The notes: generated by a model from the sequence alone, not told the origin. 64,000 bases of DNA from Gekko japonicus (GCF_001447785.1 NW_015164247.1:92600-156599); one strand, 5' to 3'. Shown: positions 11,521-24,545, counted from the first letter of the stretch. Numbers and translations: made by a program.

Positions 11521-12006
11521 TATTGAGTGATAAGTGAATAAAAGGAAAGTGCTGAATAAAGATTTTACTGTATTATACTGTATATTGGACCAAAAGACTA
11601 GCAGAAAGAAACAGCATCAACAGAAGATCACAACTTCTCTTCAGCTACTCTGCCTGAGCCCCTGTGAAAGGTATGCAATTCATTTCAACTGGTCTTACAT
11701 TCTATTACTGTCTCCATAGCTTTTAGGGAACATCCAGCTTTATGACCACTAACCTAACACATTTTACTGTAATTTTAATTGGATACAAAAATGTTTTTTA
11801 AAGTAAAATGAATAGATGAAGCATTTGCTTTCCTGAACTAGTTCAACAAATACCACATTATGTCAAATATTTTATAGCTCTTCAGTACAAAACTATTAGA
11901 TGTCTACCTGCTCTAGCAAATGAGAGTTTACAAGGAAGGCTTACCAAGCTTGTGGCCACGAAGTGAGCTTCTCTGAGCATGCAAATCTGTATTATGATTA
12001 GGTTAC

Positions 12007-12185
12007 CTGCGCCTTGGAGCTTCAGGAGAATCTGCAGGAGCAACTCCACGGGCCACAGATGCCAAAAACTCTTGCCTCTTCTGCTGTACAAGGCAGGCCG
12101 CCCGAATAATTTTATGACGAGGAGTGCGAAGGTAAGGCCTGTTTACTTTCTGAGCAAGATCCTCTGTGACCATTTCAAGGTCTGT
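12007..12185 (-). CDS. ANKIB1: ANKIB1 coding exon 15 (179 nt; [13 protein letters not shown]...SPEAPRR)
   Basis: Acceptor ttacAG, donor AG|GTAACC; ORF 12003..12377. Confidence 0.97.
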
Positions 12186-14812
12186 CTGTAATTTTAAAAA
12201 ACCCAAAAACCTCTGTGTCAAATCTTTATAGGCTAAACAAGAATAATTTCTGGCAGCTCCCAACATGGTCCACAAAATGTAGCTTGCTGTCAGACAATGA
12301 TGGCAAGTGCAGACAGAGATGCACAACTGCTTCCTAAGCTCTAGCCAGCTTTGCAATGTCCTCCTCTGGCATGACAAAGTAGCAACTAAGAGTTCTTGAA
12401 AAGAAATAACAACTCATTTTTATCAACTGTCCATTGAGTAGCTATGGCAAAAATGAAGTTACTTTAGGAAAACTTTAAGATGCTTCATTTTCTTTTCCAA
12501 GTACTGTGCTATAATTCTTTTCCCCGGTCAATATAATCTGAAAAAACTTTAACATACATCTGGTACAGAGTTTACCTATTGTCTGAACACCAGTGCTTGA
12601 AGCAACAACAAAAGGAAGTTCTGGCCTCCCCGTGCCTGCTTGTAGGTCTTCCATGGGCATCTGATTTCTCAAAAAGAATGCTGAATTAGATGAACCATGG
12701 GTCTAATCTAATATGGACCTTTTTATGACAGCTGATCATAGAAAAAAATTGTTTTGCGATTAAAATTGAGAACTAGGTGCCATAGTTTAGCATATGTAAA
12801 GTCACAGTACTCCAGCAGCTCTAGTGAGGGCTGATCTTGGGTTACCTTCCATTAGAGGCCATTTGCACCTGGCCTTATCTAGATTTTGAAGAAAGCAATG
12901 GAATCTCTCCACTAGTCCTCTTCTGAGGGAGAAAAATGCACTGCTTCATTCAGATGCTATTTGCATAGCTGACTTCAACACTATCCTCCGTCATTATTCT
13001 CTGGTAGATGACTTTTGGGGTGTCCCCTTGACCAGTCTCAATATACAAGAGGATCTTTAAGATCGATGCTGTGCTGGATGGAAGTACAATTATCTGCTCC
13101 ATATTTTCTCCTTGGTAGATGTTGTTTAAAAGGGACCATAGCAAAGCATCTTATTTGAGCCAAATCACCTTTCCCATTCTTAGAATGGCTTTAACTTTTT
13201 TTTCAGGTTTCAACCCATACTTTCAGCCACTCTATTCACAAATACCGATTGCTGCTTGTTTTTGTATTTGTGGAGCCTTCGTCCTTAAAGACTTTTCACA
13301 CGACATTCTGTTCTGTCCTTTGTATACAGAGCCCAGAAACAAATTCAGTGGAGAAATTTTAAAAGGCCTAGTATTTTTCCCCCTGCGGTGAAAACACTAT
13401 CCTTCCCTCCTTCTGATGTGGGTGTGTATGTCTCTTACAGAGTAGCACTGTCCTCCCTGGCAGATAAGAAAATTCAGGCTCAAGCTGTGCTTAATGGCTG
13501 AGGCTCCATCAGTATGCAATGAAGGTCCTAATCTGTTGATTACGTGTTTTAAACAAAATAGCTTTGTTGTTCTTTATCCATGTTTTACTTGTATGTTTTA
13601 TCTGTTCAATTCTGATGGTCTGTGGCCATATACAACAAACACACTTGAATTAGCATCCCACTGTAACAACAATCATTGGTAGGCATTTTATGACCCTTAG
13701 AAAGGATGACAACACAAAATACTAGAGACACAATCCAGCCAACATTAAGAACCATTTATGTACGTGCTTAACTCTCTTTCACTGAGAATGGGACCTCATG
13801 GCTCTTGCAGGTGCTTCCACTCTACCATGTGGGGTGTGGAATTTAGCCCGATGGTTCAAGTCCCAAGTTGCAAGACCTCTGTGAGGATTCACCTCTCTTT
13901 TTTTCATCATCCCCAACTGAAACTGCTGCCACAGGCTTGTAGGGATATGCCTGTTTAGTCCCTCTGTAAAGTAAATTCTCTTTATGCTTCTTTGAAGACT
14001 CCATTTCAAATTAAGAACGTTAAACCTTTAATGGCAGTGTTCTTTGCATCCTGGGTAGCACAGATGAAGGCGGCTTATGTGGGTGCAAAACTCTTATGAA
14101 AGAAAAATGTAACTTTAATTCATGTCATTAGTTTGGAAATGGAGATACTTAAAGTTGAGCAAAAATTGTCTAACAACTACAAAGCAAAGGGGAAAAAATG
14201 ATTAAACACAATTCTTTCACCATAGATTCAATTCTCTATAATGGCAGAATAATCTTAAAAGTTACCAGATTTCAGTTTCTACTTTCTTGTGGTGGTTCTC
14301 TGTCTGTCACATTTTTTGCATGCTTTTCCTCTGGCATTTGCTAGAGCAGGACCAAAAATGAGCCCTCCCTGCCTGCCTCAGAATCTCTGAGGATGCTCTC
14401 CTGGCATTTCCTGGCCACGTTTCCACCAGAGTTCCTTCCTTTAAGCACCATCCGATCTCTCCCCTTCTGCTCGTGGCTCTGGGAGACTGGCTTAATGTGA
14501 CTCCTGAAGCTGCAGGAAAAACTCTTCTGTTCCACTGGTTACACTCCATTAACATACCAACTTGGCACCCTCCTAGTCAGACTGAGGAACAGTTAGAAAA
14601 ACACGAACTGCAGCCTTTGGCCTATTTTGGAAGGCTGTTTTATGTTTAGCATTAGCAGAGTGGAAATTAAACATTATTCTTCTAAAGCTGCACATTTTAT
14701 AGAAGTTGGGTAAGGTGTCATTTCATAAGAGTTAGTGGGATTTTATATGGCTGAACTGTGTCCTAAGAATACAGGTCTAAAGAAAAGGATCATTCAATAC
14801 AATACACAGAAC

Positions 14813-15208
14813 CAGGGCTATTTTGGGGCAGGAACGCACAGGAACGGAGTTCCGGCTGGCTCCCAACTTGGCCACGCCCAGCAGGAACTCATTAGCATAA
14901 TAGGCCACACCCAACAGCAGAAACTCATTAGGATTGGCTACATTAGGGGTGTGTGGCCTAACATGCAAAGGAGTTCCTGCTACAAAAAAGGCCCCAGGTT
15001 TTGACAACAAACAAGGTAAACAGAATAAAACGCAAAAGGTGGGTGTGGCTGGATAACCACACTTCTGGTAACATGTGGGTGCGGCCTAATGTGCTAATGA
15101 GCTGTGCTGTCAGGGATGTGGCCCAATATGCTAATGAGTTCCTGCTGTTGGGTGTGGCCTATTATGCTAATGAGTTCCTGCTGGGCTTTTTCTACAAAAA
15201 GAGCCCTG
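14813..15208. mobile_element. hAT-type MITE
   Basis: Ends CAGGGCTATTTT...AAAAGAGCCCTG; perfect 8-bp TSD cacagaac; internal (a/g)tgctaatgag repeats. Confidence 0.9.
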
Positions 15209-15262
15209 CACAGAACTATTAGGGTTTTCAAAAATGCAGAAAAGCACACATGTGTTCTTTAC

Positions 15263-15408
15263 CTGCATAAGTTCAAATATTTCCTTTTTTGTGCTTTTGG
15301 GTTCCAGAAAGAATCCATATGGGTAAGAACACTTCAGGATGCGCCGGGTTTTCAGGAGTTCTTGGACTGCATCTTCAATGAATGTGGTATCTGGACAACG
15401 TCCCTCAG
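15263..15408 (-). CDS. ANKIB1: ANKIB1 coding exon 14 (146 nt; [14 protein letters not shown]...KEIFELMQ)
   Basis: Manual translation; acceptor ttgtAG, donor CAG|GTAAAG. Confidence 0.96.
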
Positions 15409-16481
15409 CTACAAGAGAAGATATAATATATACAGATATAAAGCTCTGGATTCAATGGTCCCCTTCCCAGGATTCTTTGCTGAAGAGCTATAAGAGAAGT
15501 CTAGGTATTACAAATAGAGTTTCCTCCCACCTGCTGATGTGATGACTGGTTTTATCAATAGAAGATACCAAACACTGAGTACTGAGTGTGCATAAAATTA
15601 GACTACTTCCTCAAACAAACTGCAATCTAAACTCCAAACAGGGAAAAAAACCCTCTTTAAATAACTCCATTGTTAGATTGCATCCACATTTCAAAGGCAC
15701 ACTGCTACAGACAATCTGAATTTGTTCTCCTTCCAACAAAGGCAGGAACTTAGCCTGCCTTTCTTGACCACTTTACCATGGAAGAGACTGACATTTAAAA
15801 AAGACAATTGTACAGTACCAAGAGCAGAAGTCAGTTTATAGTTGGACTGCTGTACATAAACCTTCTTTAACAACAATGGAACCTCCATGTTCAGAGGCAG
15901 TATATCCATGTATGGTGGGGGGACAAAGAGGGAAAGGAAATTGCTGGATCAAAACGGGGCCTGTGTTAGACCCCATTTTATTCCAGTATAGGCTTTTGTG
16001 TCCTAGAACCCACTTCTTCAGATGGAATACTTAATATAAAATATATATAAAATCTTTAAATAAGAATAACCCTAACCCTGCTGGCTCTTAATTAGATCAC
16101 TGAAAAGGCCACTAAAATTTCTTGGGCCTGTGGAGTACAATCTCAAGGAAAGATGAGGGAAACTAAGGAGCAATCTGACATCAGCTTATCAAGAATGTCA
16201 GAGGGGAATATATGACATGGAAGATTTTTACCGCTTCAGTATATTTGGACAAAATATCACTGAGTCTTAAATAACAGAAAATACAAAGCCAACGATATAT
16301 TTGCAGTATAATGCTGTATTAATTCTAGGTAAGCAAACCGAGTCAAACCAGGCTATCAAAATATTCAGTCTTGTATTTACAAAAGCAGACGCCAGAAATA
16401 ATTGCTTTGTGAAAAGCTCTGATATAAGTATATTATACTAAAGCACCAGGAATATATCACAGAAAACACTGAAGCTCCTAC

Positions 16482-16548
16482 TTCCACTGAGAGCTCTGCT
16501 CAGCTGCTCCATCTTTTCTTTGGCTGTTTTTAGAAGGCGTTGTTCTAA
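16482..16548 (-). CDS. ANKIB1: ANKIB1 coding exon 13 (67 nt; LEQRLLKTAKEKMEQLSRALSG)
   Basis: Manual translation; acceptor ttttAG, weaker donor GAA|GTAGGA that keeps the frame with the next exon. Confidence 0.92.
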
Positions 16549-16635
16549 CTAAAAACAACAGGAAAAACAAAGACGATGAGAATTTCTGAAATAACAAAAC
16601 TGTAAAATAATTTTATGCAACTACAGTAACCGTAC

Positions 16636-16722
16636 CTGATAGCTGAGCTCATGGTTTTTAAACCTTGTGTAATAGTGCATAAATCTATCAAGTTCTTGAA
16701 ATCTTTTGTGTTTCTTTTCAGC
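16636..16722 (-). CDS. ANKIB1: ANKIB1 coding exon 12 (87 nt; [29 protein letters not shown])
   Basis: Manual translation; acceptor ttccAG, donor CAG|GTACGG. Confidence 0.96.
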
Positions 16723-18049
16723 CTGGAAAGAATGATAAGACATAAGAAGGGGAAGAAACCATTAACAACTTTCTGAGTTCTTTTCAATATACCGCTCATA
16801 AATAAAGCAAATGTGCATTTAATCATTTTAATTGCTAACAGCGTTTTATTCAAAAACAGCAGAATGACAAATACTCTATAGAGAAACCAGCCAGCTCAAA
16901 CCATAGCTTCCACAATTCAGAAGTCAAAGACAGATGCTTGATGGTACTTTTATAGCAACTTTAAAACAGAGGAGCCCACAAGAACATTGTGAATCTCTGT
17001 TCAAGTGTATTTTAATCTGTGATGAGAAACCAGAACAACCAATACAGCCACTATCACAGAAGGACCAGGACAATGTAACTGTCCAAATTCAAAAAGGTGG
17101 CTTACAGCAACACTTCATCTCCTGAAGAAAATAGATGTATTTTCTAGTGCTTTGGTGGGCAACTCACAAAGTCATTTTCTGCGCCTCTCCCTCTCCTTGC
17201 TGTTAATTGTAATACTGCCCATGGGCCTTTGTGATCATCCCATTATCTCTTGAGGAGAGGAGGACATCTTATCCCAGTTGGGTATTCCCTTTCCCTGGAG
17301 GAAGGAAACAGGCTGCTCTTCCTGTCTCAGATGGGGAGGAAGCGCCCACCACCTTCAGTTCTCTTCCTGCCTCCTCTGTGACAGCAGAAATTCTTAGGAG
17401 CTTTACTGAATTTTTTCCCTCAGAGGCTGCTAGGATTTCATCTTCCTACTTCATCATGTGACTCTTCAGTCTCTCCTTTCTGCTCTTCTCTGTTTTTATT
17501 GCCATCTGGTTTCCCCGCCCCGCCCCCCGCCACTTCCCTCAGACACCACGGTGACTATCTACAGTCCAAACTGATAACAGAAGTGTCCGACACCAATGTG
17601 ACCTTGGAGAAAGAGCTCAGTGTGGTGACTCCCCAGCTGTGAAGCAAGACAGCCCTGCTAGACTAGATGTCCTGCCATCCTAAAGTGGCAGAGCTCCAGG
17701 GGAGAACTGGAAGCCACGTCATCTCTGGCTCTAAGGATGAAGCAAAGCAGTCATTTTTGGTGCCAAAATCCTTGGTGTGTGATAGCAAATCCAGGGATGG
17801 CAAAAAAAAATATCTTCCAATCCTTGCAAAACCTGGCCCTGCTCTGGGGGGGTGGGGTGAGTGTTTAACATTTCAACGGCTGGGGGAGGACAGACAATTT
17901 CATTTGTGGCCAAGGAAATGGACAAAAAAGAGCAGGGACCCAGCAAGCTAGGAAGAGGTACAGCCACCCTGCCATCACTATGCTCCTACCCCACTAAATG
18001 TCAGAGGATGTGAAGGGTTTCACAGGCACTCACACACCAGGATCAGTCA

Positions 18050-18150
18050 CTGTGTGTGTGTGTGTGGGGGGGGAGTATTTGTGAATTTCCTGCATCGTGC
18101 AGGGGGTTGGACTAGATGACCCTGGAGGGCCCTTCCAACTAAATGATTCT
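18050..18150 (+). mobile_element. CR1 3' terminal fragment
   Basis: gaatttcctgcatcgtgcagggggttggactagatgaccctggag, same as the end of 1850-2327. Confidence 0.8.
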
Positions 18151-19319
18151 AAGGATCGGATCCACCAATGGTCTCCCTGGTACACCATTCTGCCCCATCA
18201 AGCACATATAATGATTCCTCTGCCCTCAGGTCTAACAACAGGACCTTCATAATTCAGTTGGAGGATTCCGATATGGAATCAGATAAGGAAAGAAGGGGAG
18301 GTTTTGGAGAATAACCTAACCTAACAGGATCAGCAGTCTTATTACCTCTTTTCATAGAGAAGCTTCTCCCTAAAGATTTTATACAAGGAAGACTCCCCTG
18401 AAATATTTTCCAGATATAAAGTTCTGGGCTCAATGTTCCCCTTCCAAGGGTTCTTTGTTGAAGAGATAAAAAAGAGTGGTTGGATCCCGTTAGTCAGCAC
18501 TTCCACGTGGGACATGGACCAACCCCCACCCCACCCCCGGTTTTCACCAAGGCTACCAACTTGCTCATGATTCCTGTGGATGCTCCACTCACAGCATTAA
18601 GTTCATGAGAGGTTCTTACCAAACATGGGGAAGGATCATTAAAGGATGCCACGGACAGAAGAAGTGATGTACCCATTTCCCAGTGCCTCATCGAGAGACA
18701 GTGCAGCCTAGAAACCATAAACCATTCTTGGACACTGACATGATAATGTCTGTACTATCACATCAACGATTCTCTAGCATATACAGCATTGTTTTCACTG
18801 TCCATAAGAGAAAAGGAGACTGGAAGGGCCATCCTAAACTTCCAAGTTCTCAAAGAGTTCATAGGAAGTTCAAAACGAAGAACCCTGAAGAGTACTACGG
18901 GGGCTGTTCAGACAGGGCATCCTACCTACCTTCACATACCATTTTTTCCACTTCACAGACACCTTTCCAGATTCACCTTTGGGATACAACATTTGTAATT
19001 CAAGGTCATGCCTTTCTGCTTGGTGTCAGCTCTACACTTCTTCACCAAGCTAATGGTCTCTAGAGTAGCAGCTTTCCAAATCAGGGGCATTCACAGATGA
19101 CCATCCAACATGCTTTTTTTAAACCAATTGCCAAAAAGGCCAACTCACTCCTGCACAATCCATTCTGCACCTGGAGGCAATCATATTCAGACAGCAGCAA
19201 ACCTTTTCTCTCACTTGGGGAATGAAAAATGATAATTCAGGCAGCAAGACTGGTCTATTCATTCAAGACAGTGGATCTAGTGTTCCTGGCTCATCTGCAC
19301 AGTTCAATGATTTCTCAAG

Positions 19320-19915
19320 TTTATTTATTTATTTATATTTATTTATTATTTACATTTTTATCCCGCCCTCCCCGGAGGCTCAGGGCGGCTAACAAGGCGT
19401 ATTGCCGAATAAAACAATAACACCGTACAACATATTTAAAAATACATCACCATTAAAACACTTTTGGTGCTCCTCTCAACCAATTCCAAAATTACAATTT
19501 TGAAAAGCAAGATGGCCGTCCCCTAAACGTCCTGTTCTCACCCATGATGCAGCAATTATGGGGCGTTGATGGTACATGCCCACATCCTGATATCCATATA
19601 TGGGGCATTGATGGTACATTGGTGCGTTGGTGGTACACTGGTGGCGGCGGCTCCTATTCGAAAGCCTGGCGGAAGAGCTCCGTCTTGCAGGCTCTGCGGA
19701 ACTGTGCTAGGGGCCGCCGAGCCCTGATCTCCTCTGGGAGCTCATTCCACCAGATAGGAGCCACCACCGAGAACGCCCTATTCCTGGTCATGGTAAGTCT
19801 AATGTACCAGGGGCCTGGAACATCCAGTAGATGCTGATTCCCCGACCGTAGTGCCCTTGGGAGAACATGTGGGGCAAGGCGGTCCCTTAGGTAGGCTGGT
19901 CCCTGAGTTACGGTT
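19320..19915 (-). mobile_element. L2 LINE 3' end nested in the second DIRS element
   Basis: Minus strand RAFSVVAPIWWNELPEEIR...FRRACKTELFRQAF; (TAAA)n tail. Confidence 0.8.
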
Positions 19916-20630
19916 CCCTGAATGACAGCCCACTCTCGGAGACTGCAATGGACCCTCCTGCCCTATCAGAAACCCACTGCCTTCAAGAAGCATCTAGTCA
20001 GTTCTAGGGACAAGATCTGAATTGGTGGATAATAAATCATCACCTTTAGAAGGACAAGCCATTCCAAGTGTCACCAAACCTAAATCACCACAGATGCCAG
20101 CCTCTTTGTTTGGGGAGTATACTATTCTTTAGGGTATGTACAAGGTTCCTGCAGTCAACAGAAAAATTCCTGGAGCATAAACTTCCTAGAGCGAAGAGCC
20201 ATCTCCCTGATAGTTGAACATTTCCAAAACAATATTCAGCACCCAGACACCTGCATCAGAACAATTAAATATCACAGCCAAAGCACACATGAACAGACAA
20301 CAAGAAACTGGGTCCAAAAACCTAAAATGGGAGTCAGCAACCATGTTCAATGGGGCAGAGAAACACCTCTCCTCTCTGAGGGAAGAACACATCAGTGGCT
20401 GATTGGACATATGCAGGCTGGCTCAGTCAGAGTCGAATGGACCAGGGGGAGTAGTCACTCATTCCAGAACTTTCAGACCCTGTCCCTTAGCCTTAGACAT
20501 CCTCTAGATTTGTGGACCCCAATTTTACAGTACAAGGCTTAAAGTTCAGGCTGACGGAAAATGAAAAGCCAGGAAGGAAGACAACCAGAAATACCTTCAT
20601 ATAACTCCTCAATATCATTCTGCTTCTTAC

Positions 20631-20765
20631 CTCTGCTGTCATTTCCTTGGATTGGTCCTCTACATGTTGAATCACTTCATAGCGAGTGCATCTATAATAA
20701 CCTCCAGTGGAAGAACTATGTTTCTTCCATTCTTCCAAGCATATCCAACAGAAATCATATTTACA
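20631..20765 (-). CDS. ANKIB1: ANKIB1 coding exon 11 (135 nt; [16 protein letters not shown]...EMTAE)
   Basis: Acceptor ttcaAG, donor GAG|GTAAGA; ORF 20493..20738. Confidence 0.97.
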
Positions 20766-21689
20766 CTTGAAAAGATAAAAGACAGATTCTTAATCAATTT
20801 CAGATTTTGTCCCTGGATCTAGAGCATTAACACAAGAGAAATAAAACATACTGTCTTCACAACCTAGCCACAATCCACAACCTTTCGGTATCACTGCTGT
20901 GAATTGTTTTAACAACTGTACTAAACTATGCTTTGAAACTTAGTTTCAAAAGAAAATTTAGCAACTACAGATTGAGTTGAGTAGTGCATCTTCTAAATCC
21001 ATATGCATCAAAATGCCCTGTTGAAACAGTTCATCCACACAATTTGTTTAGAAATGTTCTATGAATTCTATCTATCTACACTTCACTTCAGCTTGAGTAA
21101 TCATTCGTTTTGCAGCTATGTGGTGACCTCAACTGAGCAAAATATTTTCTGATATCTACAAAACATTCTGTGTTCAGAATTACAGGGAGATAAACGGACC
21201 TACATACATCAGACTGCACTTCCAATCAATACACTGGGAATACTTTGGGTGTTATATAGTAAGCACAGACACAATGCAAGTAAAGAAGCAGATTCTCACA
21301 TTGAACGGTAATTAAATCAGCTAATCAGAGTGATGTACATGGTGAGTACCATTAGGCCTTTATTTTAAAATTCACAAAGTAAACTTTTAAAACATCTATG
21401 TATCTACTTCTGAACCAAGCCCATGAACGCAGATAAAAAAATCAGCACATTGGGGCCATGTACAGAAAGGACAGATGGGGGACTCCTCGGGTTTGCAGAA
21501 AACCCTTATATTAAAAAATAAAGGATGGGATTAAATAAAAGAAATATTTAAATACTAAATTCTTACAAAATTACTTCAAGAGCTTGGCAGCCATTCAGGA
21601 TTGCTTAAATAACTGCACACAATATCACCACTGTTGTCTTTGACTGCTGAAATAATGAAAAATGATTGTCGCAGTTTTGACGCTTCAGG

Positions 21690-21990
21690 TGGGTAGGAGA
21701 AAGTAATGGGCAGACACGAAAAAGAAGAAGGAAAATCGGGAGGCAGGGAACAAAGCCATTGTGAAGGGAGGGAGGAAACACAAATTAAGTAAAGGAGGCA
21801 GAAGTATAGAAAGGGGAGAAGCTGCAAAGGGGAGTGAAGGAAGAACTGGAGATGAGAGAGTGAACAGATAGGTGGGAGGGAAGTAAAGGGCAAGGGGAGA
21901 AGCTGAGGAGAATCTGTGTTGGACAGAAGGAGTGAGAGCAGAGACAGTGTGGGAAAAAGGTTTAGCCATGGAGGGAGGAGATTCCCCACT
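21690..21990. repeat. Purine-rich (GA) low-complexity tract
   Basis: Strong G/A strand bias; produces the Leu/Pro/Ser/Phe-rich spurious ORF 21576..22067. Confidence 0.7.
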
Positions 21991-22057
21991 GGTGAATCCT
22001 TGCAGGGATCCTGCTTGTACTTTATAAAAGCTGTAGGATTTTCTCCACGGTCGTTAC

Positions 22058-22188
22058 CTTTGCACATTGCATATGGTTGCAGCCTTCATTCTTTTGAATT
22101 GGAGATTTGCAGTTGGCGCATGGTTTAGAATTGGTGAGTAACCATAAGCAGTTGGCAGCATCTTCATACGCTTCACTAACTCCCACAA
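22058..22188 (-). CDS. ANKIB1: ANKIB1 coding exon 10 (131 nt; VGVSEAYED...[16 protein letters not shown]2 with the RBR catalytic Cys motif)
   Basis: Acceptor tcaaAG, donor AAG|GTAACG; ORF 22022..22234. Confidence 0.97.
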
Positions 22189-22640
22189 CTTTGAAGGAGA
22201 AAACAGAAAAGTTAAAACAGTCTTTTAAAAGCAAAAGTTACTACCATGTTTCCTAAATTCTTCTAAGACGGCTTATTTGTGCACTTTTTATAGCTAAGAA
22301 AGAATTTATTTTTATTCATAAACAATACAAAAATCGATAACAAAACAAATAGAAAGATCTGGATGATGAGAGTGCATAGTTAATTTCATTTGCCTCTGTT
22401 TGCAATAATTTTTTTTCTCATTCTAAACAGAGCAGTTAACATGCACACGGCAAAGCAAAACTGCATTTCAAACTTCCCATAATTTTTGGAAGTAACTTGT
22501 TCCTCAGATTAACTAAAACAATTTGTCAGCAAACCTACGAACACTAAACACTGAATAAAGTGGGTTGCACTTCTGAGTAGACCTTTTTAGAATTGCTCCC
22601 ATGGTTACCCAATTCATTCCTTTGGCTCTTCGTTCTAACC

Positions 22641-22837
22641 CAGCGGTTCTCAAGCTGTGGGTCACGACCCCTTTGGGGGTTGAACGACCCTTTCACAGGG
22701 GTCGCCTAAGACCATCGGAAAACACAAATTTTCGATGGTCTTATGATAGCAACGAAAATAATTTTATGGTCGGGGGTCACCACAACATGAGGAACTGTAT
22801 TAAAGGGTCGTGGCATTAGGAAGGTTCAGAACCACTG
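22641..22837 (+). mobile_element. SPIN (Space Invader) hAT non-autonomous element, 197 bp
   Basis: CAGCGGTTCTCAA...GGGTCGCCTAAGACCATCGGAAAACAC...CACAACATGAGGAACTGTATTAAAGGGTCG...GAACCACTG; perfect 8-bp TSD ttctaacc. Confidence 0.9.
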
Positions 22838-23282
22838 TTCTAACCTTAACAATTTAGGCCACATCACTTACATGATATTCACTATGCTCGACAAGTGACT
22901 AACACTGCAATTTTAAACGGAACTGCAGCTTTCTAAATCCACAGAATTCAAGGGGATCAGAAAGGTGTGGCTCTGCGTATGATCGCAATATAAAACAACA
23001 CATTTTTTTGTTGTCAATGTTTTCACATTCAGAGTTTCAGCTTAACTGAAATCAGACATCTACAACCACAGTCTGTTGAAAACCTGGGACCACCCAGCCA
23101 ATATCAATTCAAATCCTCTGCCTTTTACCCATGCATTATGCTTAGACAGTTTTAAGAAACTGGAGTTTTAAGAAACTGCACACACCTCTCTCCAGCTTGC
23201 TCACATTCTCTTAGGAGGTCAAGTTCTCTATTCTGGGAAATATGCCTCAGGGATTCCTACTTATATGCAGTAATCCTATCAT

Positions 23283-23449
23283 CAGGGCTTTTTTTTTTTT
23301 TTTTAAAGAGGTGCCTGAACTCTCAAGAGGGAAATGAAGTTTTCAATCTGTACACTGAAAACTCATGAACTTTTAAACATTTAAAATAAAATTGTTGAAG
23401 AGGTTCTAGAATTCCGTTCCAGTGCATTCCCCCAGGGAAAAAAGCCCTG
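23283..23449. mobile_element. hAT-type MITE
   Basis: TIR CAGGGCTTTTTT/AAAAAAGCCCTG; perfect 8-bp TSD cctatcat. Confidence 0.9.
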
Positions 23450-23520
23450 CCTATCATAGAGTATCATACTGTAACAATTGTACAAACTAAAACAAAAAAG
23501 ACCACACTAGCCATTCTTAC

Positions 23521-23609
23521 GCTCTTCAGGTTTCATTTCTGTTATCTTCTGCAGCCAATTCTTCCATGTTTCACAGTCACAAGGTTCATGTGCCTCACCA
23601 AGACATTCC
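23521..23609 (-). CDS. ANKIB1: ANKIB1 coding exon 9 (89 nt; [18 protein letters not shown]...KPEE)
   Basis: Manual translation; acceptor ttttcAG, donor C|GTAAGA. Confidence 0.96.
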
Positions 23610-24353
23610 CTGAAAAATTAAGCCCAATAAATACATCTGTTTATTATGAGGCTTCGAAAAGGGTGAAAACTGAACTCCTTCAATTCCACCTCAGACTATA
23701 CATTTTAATTAAGGCAGGAAACTGAGGGTTTAAGAAATGAGATTTATTTTACCTACAACTCAAGGGAATTTTAGGTGCATAATTTCAACTAGTGTACTTT
23801 GAAGTTTCCCCCCATGTTTTAAAACTCTGAGTGCAGCTAGGCCTATACTTTGACTCGGCAATCAGCTGAATACTGATTGACATTTAGAGCATTCTGTATG
23901 TCTGACGCACATAAGAATGCAGACCAGCTACAAGGAATCAGGGTTCTCAAGTCTTATCCACTGTAGCTAAACTTCCTGCTTCATAGATTGCTGCAATAAA
24001 GCTTCCACTTTGCTGGCACCCCTCCCCAATCCTGGCAACTGAGACCAGCTTTTCTCTATCACAAGACCCAGAGCCATCTACAGCACAGAGCTGGGAGAGG
24101 ATCAGGCATCATTCTGCATAATCTCATCATGCTCACTGGAAACAACTCAGAGAGTCTCAGAGAGAAAGAAGCTTCTTAGTTTACTAAGCCCCCTGATCCA
24201 TTAATCAAGACCCCACAAAAATTAAACAAGGACCCCACAGTAATTAATCAAGGTATGTTTAGACACAAAGGATACTCTTTCATTAACTTCCTGCCAAGAT
24301 AGTCTCCAAAAACTAAACTTACATTCACGTTTTCAAGTAAATTATTTTCAGAA

Positions 24354-24545
24354 AGTAGCCGTGTTGGTCTCCAGCAGAACAGCCAGATTCAACTCCAGTA
24401 GCACCGTAGAGACCAACAAGATTTTGGGATTATGCGCTTTTGAGAGTCAAAGGCTCCTATCTGCTGAACAGAGGTTTGACTCTCAAAAGCTCATACTCCT
24501 AAAACCTCGTTGGCCTCTGCCAAACCAGATCTAGCTATTCTCAGC
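24354..24545. mobile_element. Penelope-like terminal-repeat fragments in inverted arrangement (second copy at about 25078-25168)
   Basis: gtagccgtgttggtc...ccagtagcacc...ttttgagagtcaaa followed by inverted tttgactctcaaaa. Confidence 0.6.

Larger units (their letters stand above)
17235..20480 (+). mobile_element. Second decayed DIRS-type retrotransposon (RT and RNase H remnants)
   Basis: RT remnant IYSIVFTVHKRKGDW/AILNF..YLHIPFFPLHRHLSRFTFG..FKVMPF..FFTKLM (about 18775-19060); RNase H NITAKAHMNRQ..AEKHLSSLREEHISG (about 20265-20400); terminal-repeat-like start at about 17240; boundaries approximate. Confidence 0.75.

Noticed and set aside
16549-16635. 87-nt intron (multiple of 3) as an in-frame retained intron
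   Set aside because: Retention reads GTA CGG TTA CTG TAG, an in-frame stop
24440-24500. Hammerhead ribozyme in the Penelope-like repeat
   Set aside because: Core motifs are degenerate (ctgctga and caaaa in place of CTGANGA and GAAA); not supportable as active
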